From NCBI GenBank assembly GCA_019420065.1, contig JAHZHX010000001.1, positions 16,176 through 80,175 on the forward strand: DNA of 64,000 nt, given 5' to 3'. Below, piece by piece: positions 43,163 through 53,589 of the stretch. Source of the DNA: Clostridiales bacterium. Its GTDB lineage: Bacteria > Bacillota > Clostridia > Christensenellales > Aristaeellaceae. The notes under the pieces were generated by a model. The model searched no databases, was not told the DNA's origin, and was given only the letters and a program-made list of their open reading frames with translations. How positions within the stretch are numbered: the first letter of the stretch is position 1; each line of letters begins with the position of its first letter. The translations under genes were made by a program, and so were the position numbers.

Positions 43163-43197
43163 AAGGGTGTAGTGTTGTTTTAAGGAGGATTTGGCCT

Positions 43198-45153
43198 TTG
43201 AAGAGACCGTCTCGCGGCTTTATTGGTTATGTTGTGCTGATTGCCGCATTTATTTTGATGGCCACGCTGCTGTCGGGCGGTAGCAGCAATGGCGGCGATA
43301 TCACCTATGCCGATCTTTTGCAGAGGATTGGCGAAGGAAAGGTTGAAAGGGTGGCAATTCGCGGGCGGACGCTGTATGGCTTGAATTACGGTTCTGAGCG
43401 TTCGGTAAGCGAGTTTCCCAACCGGTATGATTTTGCCTGCGTGATCGGCGATGATTTTATCGACACGCTGTACGGCATGTCTGCCGCCAGCACGGGAAGC
43501 GCGCTGGAAACCGTTAACGAAAGCAATCTGACCTTTGCGGGCAAGCCGCTGCAAATGATCTATCTGGCGCCTTTGACGACCCCCTGGATTCTGGAATGGC
43601 TGCCCTTTATTCTGATTACCGTTCTGGTGATGGTATTCTGGTGGCTGACGATGCGCCAGCAGATGGGCGGCAACGGCAAGGTGATGAACTTTGGCAAAAG
43701 CCACGCCAATGTCAGCGATCCGAGCAAAAATAAGGTACGCTTTGCCGATGTAGCCGGTGCCGACGAAGAAAAGGAAGAACTGAGGGAAATCGTTGATTTT
43801 CTGAAAAATCCCAAAAACTATCTGGCGCTTGGCGCGCGCATCCCCAAGGGCGTGCTGCTTGTGGGGCCTCCCGGTACGGGCAAAACGCTGCTTGCCAAAG
43901 CGGTGGCCGGGGAGGCGGACGTTCCTTTCTTCTCCATCAGCGGTTCTGACTTTGTTGAGATGCTTGTCGGCGTGGGTGCAAGCCGCGTGCGCGATTTGTT
44001 TGAGCAGGCAAAGCGGAATTCGCCCAGCATTGTTTTCATTGATGAGATCGACGCCGTTGGCCGTCATCGCGGCGCGGGCCTTGGCGGCGGTCATGACGAA
44101 CGCGAGCAGACACTGAATCAGCTGCTGGTTGAAATGGACGGCTTTACTGCCAACGAGGGCGTAATCGTTATGGCGGCGACGAACCGCCGCGATATTCTGG
44201 ATCCCGCTCTGCTGCGTCCCGGTCGTTTCGATCGTCAGATTACGGTAAACTATCCGGATGTTAACGGTCGTGTTGCTGTATTGAAGGTGCATTCCAAAGG
44301 AAAGCCGCTGGCTGAGGACGTTGATCTGGAGAACATTGCCAAACGCACGCCGTTTGCCACGGGCGCGGATTTGGAAAATGTGATGAACGAGGCGGCCATT
44401 CTTGCTGCGCGCGCCCGGAAAACGCAGATTGACCAGGCGCTGCTGATCGAGGCGGTTGAGCGCGTACAGATGGGGCCGGAAAAGAAGAGCCACAAAGTGC
44501 TGGAAGAGGATCGCAGGCTGGTTGCCTATCATGAGGCGGGGCACGCGATTGTCGGCCATTTCCTGCCGCTGTGCGACGAGGTGCATACCGTGACCATCGT
44601 GCCGCGCGGCAGCGCGGGCGGCTTTACGCTTTCGCTGCCCGAAAAAGAGCTGGAGATGTTCAGCCGCACCAAGCTTTTGCAGCGCGTCGCGATGTCGCTG
44701 GGCGGACATGCCGCGCTCAAGCTCATTTATAATGATATCTATAATGGCGCGCAAAGCGATTTGCAGCACGCAACATCCATCTGTCGCGCCATGGTCACGC
44801 AGTATGGCATGAGCGAAAGGATTGGCACGATCTACCTCGACAGCGATCAGGAGGTTTTTGTCGGCGCTTCGTTTGGCCATTCCCGGGAGTACAGCGAGGA
44901 GGTTGCGGCCGAGATCGATCAGGAGATCCGGGCTACGCTGGCTTCCTGCTATGATATGGCGATAGAGCTTTTGCAGGAGCACCGGCATGAGCTGGAAGGC
45001 CTGGCGCAGCTGCTGATCGAGCGCGAAACGCTGAGCCGTGAGGAATTCCTGGCCTTTATTGAAGGACGTCCTTTGCCGGAGAAAAAGGAGCCGGCTGCCG
45101 TGGCTGAAGCGCCCGTGCAGAGCGAAGAAGAAGCGCAGCCGCCGCAGGCATAA
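43198..45153 (+). CDS. ftsH: ATP-dependent zinc metalloprotease FtsH
   Basis: Two TM segments, Walker [14 protein letters not shown], Walker [33 protein letters not shown], and zinc site HEAGHA. TTG start 9 nt after GGAGG. Confidence 0.95.
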   Translation: MKRPSRGFIGYVVLIAAFILMATLLSGGSSNGGDITYADLLQRIGEGKVERVAIRGRTLYGLNYGSERSVSEFPNRYDFACVIGDDFIDTLYGMSAASTGSALETVNESNLTFAGKPLQMIYLAPLTTPWILEWLPFILITVLVMVFWWLTMRQQMGGNGKVMNFGKSHANVSDPSKNKVRFADVAGADEEKEELREIVDFLKNPKNYLALGARIPKGVLLVGPPGTGKTLLAKAVAGEADVPFFSISGSDFVEMLVGVGASRVRDLFEQAKRNSPSIVFIDEIDAVGRHRGAGLGGGHDEREQTLNQLLVEMDGFTANEGVIVMAATNRRDILDPALLRPGRFDRQITVNYPDVNGRVAVLKVHSKGKPLAEDVDLENIAKRTPFATGADLENVMNEAAILAARARKTQIDQALLIEAVERVQMGPEKKSHKVLEEDRRLVAYHEAGHAIVGHFLPLCDEVHTVTIVPRGSAGGFTLSLPEKELEMFSRTKLLQRVAMSLGGHAALKLIYNDIYNGAQSDLQHATSICRAMVTQYGMSERIGTIYLDSDQEVFVGASFGHSREYSEEVAAEIDQEIRATLASCYDMAIELLQEHRHELEGLAQLLIERETLSREEFLAFIEGRPLPEKKEPAAVAEAPVQSEEEAQPPQA

Positions 45154-45175
45154 ATCATTTCAAAGGACAAAAAAT

Positions 45176-46021
45176 ATGTATTATGCAGATTTGCATATTC
45201 ACACAACGGCCTCTGACGGAGTTTTTACTCCGTCCCAGGTCGTTTTGCACGCTAAGGAAAAAGGGCTCAGCCTGATGGCAGTGAGCGATCATGACAGCAT
45301 TCGCGGCGTGGAAGAGGCGCGGAGCGCAGCTTCTCAAGCAGGAATTGGGCTGATTCCGGCTGTTGAGATCAGCACCGGCGCGGAGGGCGAGATTCATGTG
45401 CTGGGTTATGGCGTGCGCAGCGATTCACGGGCTTTGAACGCTTTGTTTGCGGAAATGGCGCAGGAGCGCGAAGCACGGGCGGTGGAAATCATCCGGCGTT
45501 TATGCAGGCTGGGATTGAAGCTCACCATGGAAGAAATTCCGGCAGAGCAGGGAGCGGTCAAAGGACGCGCACAGATTGCCCGTGCGCTGCTGCAAAAGGG
45601 CTATGTCAGTGAAATGCAGGAGGCTTTTGACCGCTATATTGGCGCGGGCTGTCCAGCTTATGTGCCGCGGATTGAGCGGGACACAAAAGAAATGATTGCT
45701 TTGCTGCGTTCGGAAAGGGCAATCCCGGTGCTTGCGCATCCGGGATTGATAAAAACGGCGTTATCCGAAATGCTTTCTGCCATTGATGTTTGGAAAGAAG
45801 CCGGTTTAATGGGGATGGAAGTATACCATCCTGCGCATTTTCCGGATCAATTTGCGGTGTGGGACAACGCGGCGCGCAAACGCAGCCTGCTTGTTACCGG
45901 CGGGAGCGATTTTCATCAGATAGGAGACAGACATGCCGATATTGGCGATATGTGCCGGCATTGGCCTTCCTGCAGGCAGGACGCAGAGGCGCTTTTGGCG
46001 CAGTTATCGCTTTTGAAATAA
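45176..46021 (+). CDS. PHP domain phosphoesterase (TrpH/YciV, RNase AM-like)
   Basis: MYYADLHIHTTASDGVFTP...LMAVSDHDS...HVLGY...LAHP...GGSDFH carries the PHP metal-ligand histidines. Confidence 0.85.
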   Translation: MYYADLHIHTTASDGVFTPSQVVLHAKEKGLSLMAVSDHDSIRGVEEARSAASQAGIGLIPAVEISTGAEGEIHVLGYGVRSDSRALNALFAEMAQEREARAVEIIRRLCRLGLKLTMEEIPAEQGAVKGRAQIARALLQKGYVSEMQEAFDRYIGAGCPAYVPRIERDTKEMIALLRSERAIPVLAHPGLIKTALSEMLSAIDVWKEAGLMGMEVYHPAHFPDQFAVWDNAARKRSLLVTGGSDFHQIGDRHADIGDMCRHWPSCRQDAEALLAQLSLLK

Positions 46022-46049
46022 ATACGATAGAAAGGATGCATCCGGAGAT

Positions 46050-47546
46050 ATGCAGTATCAGGGGTATCGCCCTGCACGGCCATCAACGCGCAGGCCGCAC
46101 AGAAAAAAGAAGCCGCGAACCGCAATATATTTGTTGGCAGCGGTGGTTTTGCTGCTTGCTGTGCTTTGGCTTATGCTTAAGCCTGCCCGAAAAAGCGAGG
46201 AATATCAAGCTTATTTGCGGTCACGGGATGTTTTCCTGGATAATATTTATGTGGACGGTATCGCCCTTTCCGGGCTTACCTATAATGAAGCTTGGGAAGC
46301 CGTTGCCGAAAAAATCGCTTCTTGGGAGAAAAGCTGGTCTTTGGCGCTGTCATGCAATGGTCACGTATACACCACGCTGAATTATGCGTCAACCGGACTG
46401 ACGATCGACGGGAGGCAGCTGGACGAATTGCTGAGGGAAGCGTGGCAGTATGGTCATACCGGCGGCTTTGAAGAATATAGGGCTGACGCGGCAGCGCTGG
46501 CCGCCGCGCCTTATGACGCGTACTTGATGCAAAGCCAGGGGGAAAGCAGTCAGCTGGATTATATTTTGCGCGTGATCCGCGACAATGTTTACCGTGCGCC
46601 GCAAAATGCCGCGCTGCTGGCGTTTGATGCAGAAAACCTGGCGTCGCCATTTGTTTTTCAGCCTTCAAAAGAAGGGATTACGATCGACTGCGAAAAAGCA
46701 AAAAAGGAGATTTTGCAGCGGGCGGCGACCGGAGACGGCGGCGAATATCAAATTGAACTGCTGGCCGTTGCGCCTGATATTTCGCTGGAAGATGTGAAAA
46801 AGGATGTATCCCTGCTGGCCGTTAGCACGACGGCGATTGACAAGCATTCCACCAAGGAACGCAATGAAAACATCGCCCTGGCTTTTTCCAGGATCAACGG
46901 CTTGATTCTTGAGGACGGCGACCGGTTCAGCTTTAATAAACTGGTGGGAAAACGTTCCCTGCAAAATGGTTTTAAAACGGCGCTGGGATATGTATCCGGC
47001 GAGTTGACGGAAACCGTGGGCGGCGGCGTGTGCCAGGCGAGCACGACGATTTACAGCGCGGCTTTGTGCGCGGGGATGAGCATTCGCAGCCGAACGCCGC
47101 ATTCGATTCCGGTATCTTATATTTCTCTGGGGCAGGATGCGACCGTTAATGATATGCGGGGCCATGAAATCGATCTTGCATTTTCAAATAAAACCGGAAG
47201 CAGGGTCTATATCGTTTGCGGGCTGACGGAAAACTCCGCAGGCCGGCTTCAGTGCGTAACGTATTTTTATGGACGGGCGCTGCCTGACGGCGTATACTGC
47301 AAGCTTGAATCGGTCGTAACGGAAACGCTGCCGATCCCGGATGAAATTGTCCGGCCGGATACGGAAGCAAAATATGTAAAGTATACGAATCAGCGCTACA
47401 AGCTTTCCGGCGGCTCAGAGGGATATGTTGTGAAAACGTATTTGCAGCGCTGCAGCGGCGAATCGATTTTGGATCAGCAGCTGGTTTCGACGGATACTTA
47501 TAAGGCGCGCGCTCCGATATACTATGTTGGCGTGACGGAGCGATAA
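46050..47546 (+). CDS. VanW family protein
   Basis: N-terminal basic region plus TM helix, then a VanW core (FSFNKLVGKRS..NGFK.A......E....GGGVCQASTTIYSAALCAG) and a G5-like C-terminal beta region. Confidence 0.85.
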   Translation: MQYQGYRPARPSTRRPHRKKKPRTAIYLLAAVVLLLAVLWLMLKPARKSEEYQAYLRSRDVFLDNIYVDGIALSGLTYNEAWEAVAEKIASWEKSWSLALSCNGHVYTTLNYASTGLTIDGRQLDELLREAWQYGHTGGFEEYRADAAALAAAPYDAYLMQSQGESSQLDYILRVIRDNVYRAPQNAALLAFDAENLASPFVFQPSKEGITIDCEKAKKEILQRAATGDGGEYQIELLAVAPDISLEDVKKDVSLLAVSTTAIDKHSTKERNENIALAFSRINGLILEDGDRFSFNKLVGKRSLQNGFKTALGYVSGELTETVGGGVCQASTTIYSAALCAGMSIRSRTPHSIPVSYISLGQDATVNDMRGHEIDLAFSNKTGSRVYIVCGLTENSAGRLQCVTYFYGRALPDGVYCKLESVVTETLPIPDEIVRPDTEAKYVKYTNQRYKLSGGSEGYVVKTYLQRCSGESILDQQLVSTDTYKARAPIYYVGVTER

Positions 47547-47647
47547 ATACGCAGCGCTGGGCGGCAGCCTCTGACAGGCTACCGTCCATTTATGTTGCTT
47601 GCTCTTAGAGAAAAGCAGAATGATGCTGAAAGCAAAGCGCCTGGCGC

Positions 47648-47676
47648 TTGCAAGAATATGAAGCATATGTTATAAT
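47648..47676 (+). promoter_or_regulatory. Sigma-A promoter of argR-recN
   Basis: TTGCAA (47648-47653), 17 nt, TATAAT (47671-47676). GAATATG repeats flank the -10 element. Confidence 0.5.
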
Positions 47677-47710
47677 GAATATGTTTGCGCGATATACAGC
47701 ATGAGGTGAT

Positions 47711-48169
47711 ATGAGCATGAAAAACGCAAGACAAACGGCAATTTTGAGCATTATCGAGCATTATGACATCGAGACTCAGGATGAATTGGCGCAGCGCTTG
47801 CGCGAAATGGGCATTAGCGTAACACAGGCGACGGTCAGCCGCGATATCAAGGAGCTGCGTCTTCTCAAGGTACTTTCGCATAATGGGAGCTATAAATATG
47901 CAACGGGCGACAAGGCGGAGCTGGGCGTATCAGAGCGCTTTGTGCGCATGTTTATCGATTCCGTCGTTTCAATCAGCTCTGCCGAAAATCTGATTGTGAT
48001 TCGCACCCTGTCCGGCAGCGCGAACGCTGCCTGCGAGGCGATTGACAACATGCGCTGGCCGGAAATCCTGGGAACGATTTCGGGCGACAATACCATTTTC
48101 GTTGCGGTGCGCAGCGCTGCGGAAACGCCGCAGATTGTTGAGAAATTTCATGAAATTCTGAAAAAATAA
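47711..48169 (+). CDS. argR: Arginine repressor
   Basis: RQTAILSIIEHYDIETQDELAQRLREMGISVTQATVSRDIKEL is the wHTH, and GTISGDNTIFV is the C-terminal arginine-binding core (GxxxGDDT-like). Confidence 0.9.
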   Translation: MSMKNARQTAILSIIEHYDIETQDELAQRLREMGISVTQATVSRDIKELRLLKVLSHNGSYKYATGDKAELGVSERFVRMFIDSVVSISSAENLIVIRTLSGSANAACEAIDNMRWPEILGTISGDNTIFVAVRSAAETPQIVEKFHEILKK

Positions 48170-48205
48170 TTTTTGCGCCGCATCCGCTTGGAAGAGGGGA
48201 TTGAA

Positions 48206-49912
48206 ATGCTACAGCAATTATTGATTCGCAACATTGCCCTGATTGAACAACTGGAATTGTCCTTTGGCGAAGGGCTCCATGTGCTCACGGGCGAAACCGG
48301 CGCGGGCAAGTCTATTGTGGTGGATGCGCTGAGCCTTTTGCTGGGCTGGCGCGCAGAACGGGAACTGATTCGCACCGGCTGCGCCAAGGCCTACGCAGAG
48401 GGCGTTTTTGATTTGCAGGATTGTCCGCAGGCGGAAAAATGGTTGCTGACGCATGAGCATGAGCCTGAGGAGCACTGCGTTACGCTGTCGCGCGAAATCA
48501 GCGTAACGGGGAGAAGCGTATGCCGTATTCAGGGCGTTTCCGTGCCTTTGGCCGCGCTGCGGGAGATTGCCGCGCTTTTGATGGACATGCATGGCCAGCA
48601 TGAACCGCAGTCACTGCTTCACGACAGGAATCACCTTGCCTGCCTGGATGCAATGGGCGATACGGCATATCAGGAAAAACGCCTGGAAACGGCCAAAACA
48701 TTTGCAATGTATCATGACGCGCATGGCGCGTATATGCGCTTGAAGCGCGAGAGCGCCAACCGCGAAGAAAAGCTGGCGCAGCTGCGCAGGGCGGAGGAGG
48801 AGCTGAGCGGTGCCAATCTGGTGCCGGGAGAAGAAGAAAGCCTTCGCCAGGAGCGCGACCGCTACCGCAGCAGCGAGCGAATCGTTCAGGCGCTGCGTGA
48901 AGCCAATGCGGTATTGTATGAAACGGCGGGCGGAAAGTCTGCTGTTGAGCAGGCGCGCGCCGCTATGCGGGCCCTGGCCGGTATTTCCGAGCTTGACAGC
49001 GAATACAACGATTTGTACCATCGAGCCGAGTCGCTTTATTATGATGCGGAAGACATTGGCTTGACAGTGCATGCGCAGCTCGACGCTTTTGACGACGATC
49101 CCATGCGTGCGGCGCAGGTAGAGGAACGGCTGGATCAGCTGCGCAAGCTGTCGCGGAAATACGGCGCCAGCAGCGAGGAAATGATTGCCCGGCTGGAAAC
49201 GGTACGTGAAGAGCTGATACAGTTTGAAAGCCTGGAAACATCGCTTAATGCATTGCGGAAAAAGGCGCAGGATGCGTACAGGCTGTACATGAACGCAGCG
49301 TCTCGCCTGACGCAGGCGAGAAAAGAACTGGCAGCGCAATTTGAAAAACAAATGGAAGCGCAGCTGGATGATTTAAATATGCGTGGTACGCGGTTCTATG
49401 TTGACTTTGCCGCGGACGGAAGTCAGCCTACGGCGGATGGCGTGGATGATGTGCGGTTTTTGATTGCGCCAAATGCGGGCGAGGAGAAAAAACCGCTTGC
49501 AAAAATCGCTTCCGGCGGCGAACTGTCGCGCGTGATGCTGGCGCTTAAGGCGCTCTCGGCTGAGCATGCGCTGATTCCCTCCATGGTCTTTGATGAAATC
49601 GACACGGGCATTTCGGGAAGAACGGCGCAGGTCGTGGCGCAGAAAATGTGGGATATTGCCCGTTACAGGCAGGTCATCTGCGTAACGCATTTGCAGCAGA
49701 TTGCGGCCATGGCTACCCGGCATTATCTGGTACATAAGGAAGAACAGGACGGACGTACCGTAACGGCGGTGCAGGAGCTGGCCGGCGAGGAACGCACGCG
49801 CGAGGTGGCGCGCATGCTCAGCGGCGTAAGCGAATATAGCGAAAGCGGCATGGCGCATGCCCAGCATATGATTGACGAGGCGTGGCATTACCGCGACAGG
49901 GAAAAAACGTAA
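48206..49912 (+). CDS. recN: DNA repair protein RecN
   Basis: MLQQLLIRNIALIEQLELSFGEGLHVLTGETGAGKSI (Walker A), a long coiled coil, SGGELSRVMLAL (signature) and MVFDEIDTGISG (Walker B). Conserved argR-recN pair. Confidence 0.95.
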   Translation: MLQQLLIRNIALIEQLELSFGEGLHVLTGETGAGKSIVVDALSLLLGWRAERELIRTGCAKAYAEGVFDLQDCPQAEKWLLTHEHEPEEHCVTLSREISVTGRSVCRIQGVSVPLAALREIAALLMDMHGQHEPQSLLHDRNHLACLDAMGDTAYQEKRLETAKTFAMYHDAHGAYMRLKRESANREEKLAQLRRAEEELSGANLVPGEEESLRQERDRYRSSERIVQALREANAVLYETAGGKSAVEQARAAMRALAGISELDSEYNDLYHRAESLYYDAEDIGLTVHAQLDAFDDDPMRAAQVEERLDQLRKLSRKYGASSEEMIARLETVREELIQFESLETSLNALRKKAQDAYRLYMNAASRLTQARKELAAQFEKQMEAQLDDLNMRGTRFYVDFAADGSQPTADGVDDVRFLIAPNAGEEKKPLAKIASGGELSRVMLALKALSAEHALIPSMVFDEIDTGISGRTAQVVAQKMWDIARYRQVICVTHLQQIAAMATRHYLVHKEEQDGRTVTAVQELAGEERTREVARMLSGVSEYSESGMAHAQHMIDEAWHYRDREKT

Positions 49913-49924
49913 TCTTTAGAAAAT

Positions 49925-49968
49925 ATTTGCAGCCAGGGAAGCGCTTGGCTGCAAATTATTTGTTTTGC
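49925..49968 (+). terminator. Intrinsic terminator after recN
   Basis: Stem ATTTGCAGCCA/TGGCTGCAAAT (49925-49935/49946-49956) followed by TATTTGTTTTG. Confidence 0.6.
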
Positions 49969-50076
49969 TTTACAAAATTGTTTCATTTGCATGTAATTCC
50001 TCTGTACGCGGGGGTAGATTATGTGTTATAATATAGTGCGCATCTTTCTATGGGGATACGCAGAGGGAATGAGTAC

Positions 50077-50649
50077 ATGAAAACGAAGAGGCTGATTTTG
50101 GCGTCAGCGTCGCCGCGCAGGCGCGAGCTGCTGGAGCGCATGGGCATTCCGTTCATTTCTTGCGCTGCGGATATTGACGAGCATTTAACAGGCGCTCCGG
50201 CGCAGGTTGTAATGACGCTGGCAGAGCGCAAAGCGCGCGCCGCGCTTGAGCGCTATCCGGAAGCAACCGTGCTTGGGGCGGATACGTTGGTATTCTGCCA
50301 GGGGGAAACGCTGGGAAAGCCTAAGGACGAAACGGATGCGTTGCGGATGCTGCGCCTGCTTTCCGAAAACGAAAATGAAGTGTATACGGGCGTGTGCGTG
50401 ATTGACGGTTTAACCGGCGCTTGCATGGTGGATGTGGATTGTACGCATGTGCGGTTTACTGAAATTGACGGGGAAGCGGCAAAAAAATATGTTGCCTCGG
50501 GCGAGCCGATGGATAAGGCCGGGGCATACGCCGTTCAGGGAATGGGCGGAATGTTTATTTCTGCGATCCAGGGAAGTCCGTCCAATGTTGTAGGGCTGCC
50601 CATGCATCTGGTACGGAAAATGCTGACGGAGATTGGCTGGCAATTTTAA
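50077..50649 (+). CDS. maf: Maf-like nucleoside triphosphate pyrophosphatase
   Basis: LILASASPRRRELL...GADT.V......LGKP.D...A..ML..LS......YTGVC...KAGAYA.QG. It lies directly upstream of mreB. Confidence 0.9.
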   Translation: MKTKRLILASASPRRRELLERMGIPFISCAADIDEHLTGAPAQVVMTLAERKARAALERYPEATVLGADTLVFCQGETLGKPKDETDALRMLRLLSENENEVYTGVCVIDGLTGACMVDVDCTHVRFTEIDGEAAKKYVASGEPMDKAGAYAVQGMGGMFISAIQGSPSNVVGLPMHLVRKMLTEIGWQF

Positions 50650-50672
50650 AAATATAGCAAGGATGTGCGGGT

Positions 50673-51713
50673 ATGGCTTTTATTGCGCCTGATTTGGCAA
50701 TCGATCTGGGCACTTCCAATACGCATGTTTATGTAAAACGAAAGGGCGTTGTGCTGAGCGAGCCAACGCTGATGGTCGTCAACGGCGGCAAAAAGAAAAC
50801 GGTAAAGGCGTTTGGCGAGGATGCGCGCCTGATGCTTGGCCGCACGACCGGCGAGGTGGTGGCTGTCCGCCCGCTGGAGGATGGCGTAATTAAAGACTAT
50901 GATATGACTGAGTATATGCTGGAGTTTTTCATCCGCAAAGCAATCGGCTCGTCGCGTTTGGTGCGTCCGCGCGGTTTGATCACGGTTCCCAGCCGCGTAA
51001 CGGCAATCGAACATAAGGTGATTTGCGAGGCGGCGGAAAATGCAGGAGTTCGCAAGGGCGCGCTGCATCTGATTGAGAAGCCGTTTGCCGCAGCCTTGGG
51101 GTCGGGGCTGCCAGTGTTTGAGCCGCGCGGCTGCATGGTGGTTGATATCGGCGGCGGCACGACCGAGGTGGCGGTCATTTCGTTGGGCGGCATTGTCATT
51201 TCCCGTTCGATCCGGGTGGGCGGAATTCATATGGATCGGGCGATTATTGAGTATATCAAGCGCGAGTTCAACGTGCTGATTGGCGACCGCACGGCCGAGG
51301 ATGTAAAATATGACCTGGGCGCGGCGCTGCCGATCAATGATTCCCGCCGGGCTTTTGTGCGTGGCCGCGATCTGGTAACGAATCTTCCGCAGACCGCCGA
51401 GATCACATCTTCCATGATTTATCAGGCGCTGAAAGCGCCGTGCCAAAGCATATTGGAAGCCATTCAGTTTGTACTGGAACGCACGCCTCCGGAGCTGGCC
51501 GGCGATGTGATGCGCAGCGGCATTCATCTCACCGGCGGCGGAGCGCTTCTGTGCGGAATGGACCGCTTTATTGCCACAGAGCTGGATATGCCTGTGCTGC
51601 TGGCGAAAGAGCCCATGGACTGCGCCGTGCTTGGCGTTGGCCAGCTGGTTGAGAACCTGGAGCTTTTGCAGCGCATGAGCACCAACTTTGCCAAGCGGGA
51701 GAACGAAAACTGA
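50673..51713 (+). CDS. mreB: Rod shape-determining protein MreB
   Basis: DLAIDLGTSNT.VY...VRPL.DGVI.DY...E.ML...I...VVDIGGGTTEVAVISLGGIV...GGGALL are actin-fold motifs. Confidence 0.95.
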   Translation: MAFIAPDLAIDLGTSNTHVYVKRKGVVLSEPTLMVVNGGKKKTVKAFGEDARLMLGRTTGEVVAVRPLEDGVIKDYDMTEYMLEFFIRKAIGSSRLVRPRGLITVPSRVTAIEHKVICEAAENAGVRKGALHLIEKPFAAALGSGLPVFEPRGCMVVDIGGGTTEVAVISLGGIVISRSIRVGGIHMDRAIIEYIKREFNVLIGDRTAEDVKYDLGAALPINDSRRAFVRGRDLVTNLPQTAEITSSMIYQALKAPCQSILEAIQFVLERTPPELAGDVMRSGIHLTGGGALLCGMDRFIATELDMPVLLAKEPMDCAVLGVGQLVENLELLQRMSTNFAKRENEN

Positions 51714-51732
51714 TTTTTAATTTTGTCGGAGG

Positions 51733-53001
51733 ATGGTCATGCTGCGTAAAAAAAAGCAGGAAAGCGCTGCGGAGCATACGGAAGAAAACAAAGGCGCCGC
51801 GCAGGAGGAGCGCAGCAGCAAAAAGGGGAAAAAGCGCAATCCGGATACGGTGCGCCGTTTTCGCAATACGGCTTTTGCCTTGATCGTAGTTATTTTGTTG
51901 GGAACGATCGTCAGCATGGTGGCGTCGCAGCTTTTGCCGGAATATGCGGTGCTGAGCATGCCGCGCAGAATTGTAGCAGCTGTGATGCGGCCGGTTCAGG
52001 AAGCGTTTTCTTCGGGTTCAGGATGGTTTTTCAATTATATGCAGCGGCTGAAGCTGCGCAGCAATATTGAGTATGAATATGAGAAATTGTATGAGCAGTA
52101 TGACGAGCTGCTGAACCAAGCAATGATGGTCAAAGAGCTTCAGGAGCAGCTGAGCGAATATCAGGAACTGATGGATGAAATGCAGACGCATTCCCAGTTT
52201 GACGGCGTGCCTGCGCGCGTGATCTCAACAGACTCCACAAACTATTTTTCGGTTCTTGAACTGAATGTTGGCAGCAATCAGGGCGTGGCCAACTATATGG
52301 CAGTGGTAAAATCCGGCGGTCTTGTTGGCTATACTTACGATGTGACGGCTACGACCTGCAAGGTGCAGACCATCATTAACAGCGATACCAGTATCCCCGC
52401 GCTGATTGAAGCGACACGTTACCAGGGCACGGTCAAGGGGACGATGGGAATCGACGGGCAGCCCATGTGCCGCATGTACTATCTGAGCGATAACCATTTG
52501 CCGCGTCAGGGCGATACGGTCATTACGTCGGGCGTAGGCGTGGAATTCCCCAAAGGCATTCCCATCGGCGTTGTGCGTGAAAGTACGCGCGGTATGGAAG
52601 AGGGAAAGTCCTACGTTGTAATTGAACCCATTGTTGATTTTGAGCGGATCGAATACGTAACGGTATATCGCTACGTCCCCTCCTATGCGGAGCAGGCAGA
52701 GCAGCGTGAGGAAAACGAGCTGGTATATACCGGCCTGTCGACGGCACGGCCCGTGCCGAATTTCCTGGGGAATGAAGACGACGCTTTCATGGGCGGCGAG
52801 ACGGCGGCGCCGACAGGCGAGCCGGCTTCCGATAATGAAACACCGCAGCCCATGGAGCCTGATGCAGCGGTTACGCCTAACCTTTCCTATCAGGATACCC
52901 CTGGAACGCCCACGCCGCCCCCCACGCCCACGCCTTCCCCGTCGCCTACGCCCACGCCGACCTTCTCTTTGAACAATATGACCCCGGACGGGGAGGACTG
53001 A
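51733..53001 (+). CDS. mreC: Rod shape-determining protein MreC (with extended low-complexity termini)
   Basis: TM anchor, coiled coil (YEYEKLYEQYDELLNQAMMVKELQEQL), and a MreC beta-barrel core (VVKSGGLVGYTYDV...TVITSG.G..FPKGIPIGVV). Has a basic N-terminal region and a Pro/Thr-rich C-terminal tail. Confidence 0.85.
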   Translation: MVMLRKKKQESAAEHTEENKGAAQEERSSKKGKKRNPDTVRRFRNTAFALIVVILLGTIVSMVASQLLPEYAVLSMPRRIVAAVMRPVQEAFSSGSGWFFNYMQRLKLRSNIEYEYEKLYEQYDELLNQAMMVKELQEQLSEYQELMDEMQTHSQFDGVPARVISTDSTNYFSVLELNVGSNQGVANYMAVVKSGGLVGYTYDVTATTCKVQTIINSDTSIPALIEATRYQGTVKGTMGIDGQPMCRMYYLSDNHLPRQGDTVITSGVGVEFPKGIPIGVVRESTRGMEEGKSYVVIEPIVDFERIEYVTVYRYVPSYAEQAEQREENELVYTGLSTARPVPNFLGNEDDAFMGGETAAPTGEPASDNETPQPMEPDAAVTPNLSYQDTPGTPTPPPTPTPSPSPTPTPTFSLNNMTPDGED

Positions 53002-53005
53002 CGCT

Positions 53006-53587
53006 ATGCGCAAGGTAATAAAAGCGGCATTGCTGACGGTGCTGAGCTTTTTGATACAGACATGCGTGATGCAGCATTTGAAGGTAGGCGGCGTTACGGC
53101 CAACTTCCTGGCGATCAACATTGCCATTCTGACAGTATCCTTGGGAAAAAAATATGCATTTGGCGCATCCTGTATGACGGGCATTTTGCTTGAAGCCACA
53201 ACTTATTCCGTAGGCGCGCTTTACGCTGTGATCTACCCGGTAATCGGAATGGGGTTTGCCTATATTTTTGCCGATATGAGTGATGAAAAGCGTGAAAAGC
53301 GTTTTCTGCGGCAAATGGATGAGAAAAAAGGAATGCGCGGCGATATGAACCCGCATCTTCGTATTCCGCTGAATGCCATGTGCATTGCCGCCGCGGTAGA
53401 AGTCATTTTGCTGGTGTATGCAACGCTGAGCGGCACGGAACTGACGGTTGCTTTTATTTCACGCGCGTTGCTGGCAGTGGTGTATACCGGTCTGCTTGCA
53501 ACGGTTGTAATGTTTCCGGCGCGTCTTGTTTTACGCATGTATGGCCGCCGCGTGCGGCGCGCCATGATAGAGGACGATAGGGTATAA
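53006..53587 (+). CDS. mreD: Rod shape-determining protein MreD (probable)
   Basis: Polytopic small membrane protein in the canonical position after mreC. The call rests on synteny and topology only. Confidence 0.65.
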   Translation: MRKVIKAALLTVLSFLIQTCVMQHLKVGGVTANFLAINIAILTVSLGKKYAFGASCMTGILLEATTYSVGALYAVIYPVIGMGFAYIFADMSDEKREKRFLRQMDEKKGMRGDMNPHLRIPLNAMCIAAAVEVILLVYATLSGTELTVAFISRALLAVVYTGLLATVVMFPARLVLRMYGRRVRRAMIEDDRV

Positions 53588-53589
53588 GA

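Noticed and set aside
43180-44988. 602-aa minus-strand ORF.
   Set aside because: It is codon-aligned antisense to ftsH (Walker A/B, SRH and HEAGH on the plus strand). The composition is not protein-like.
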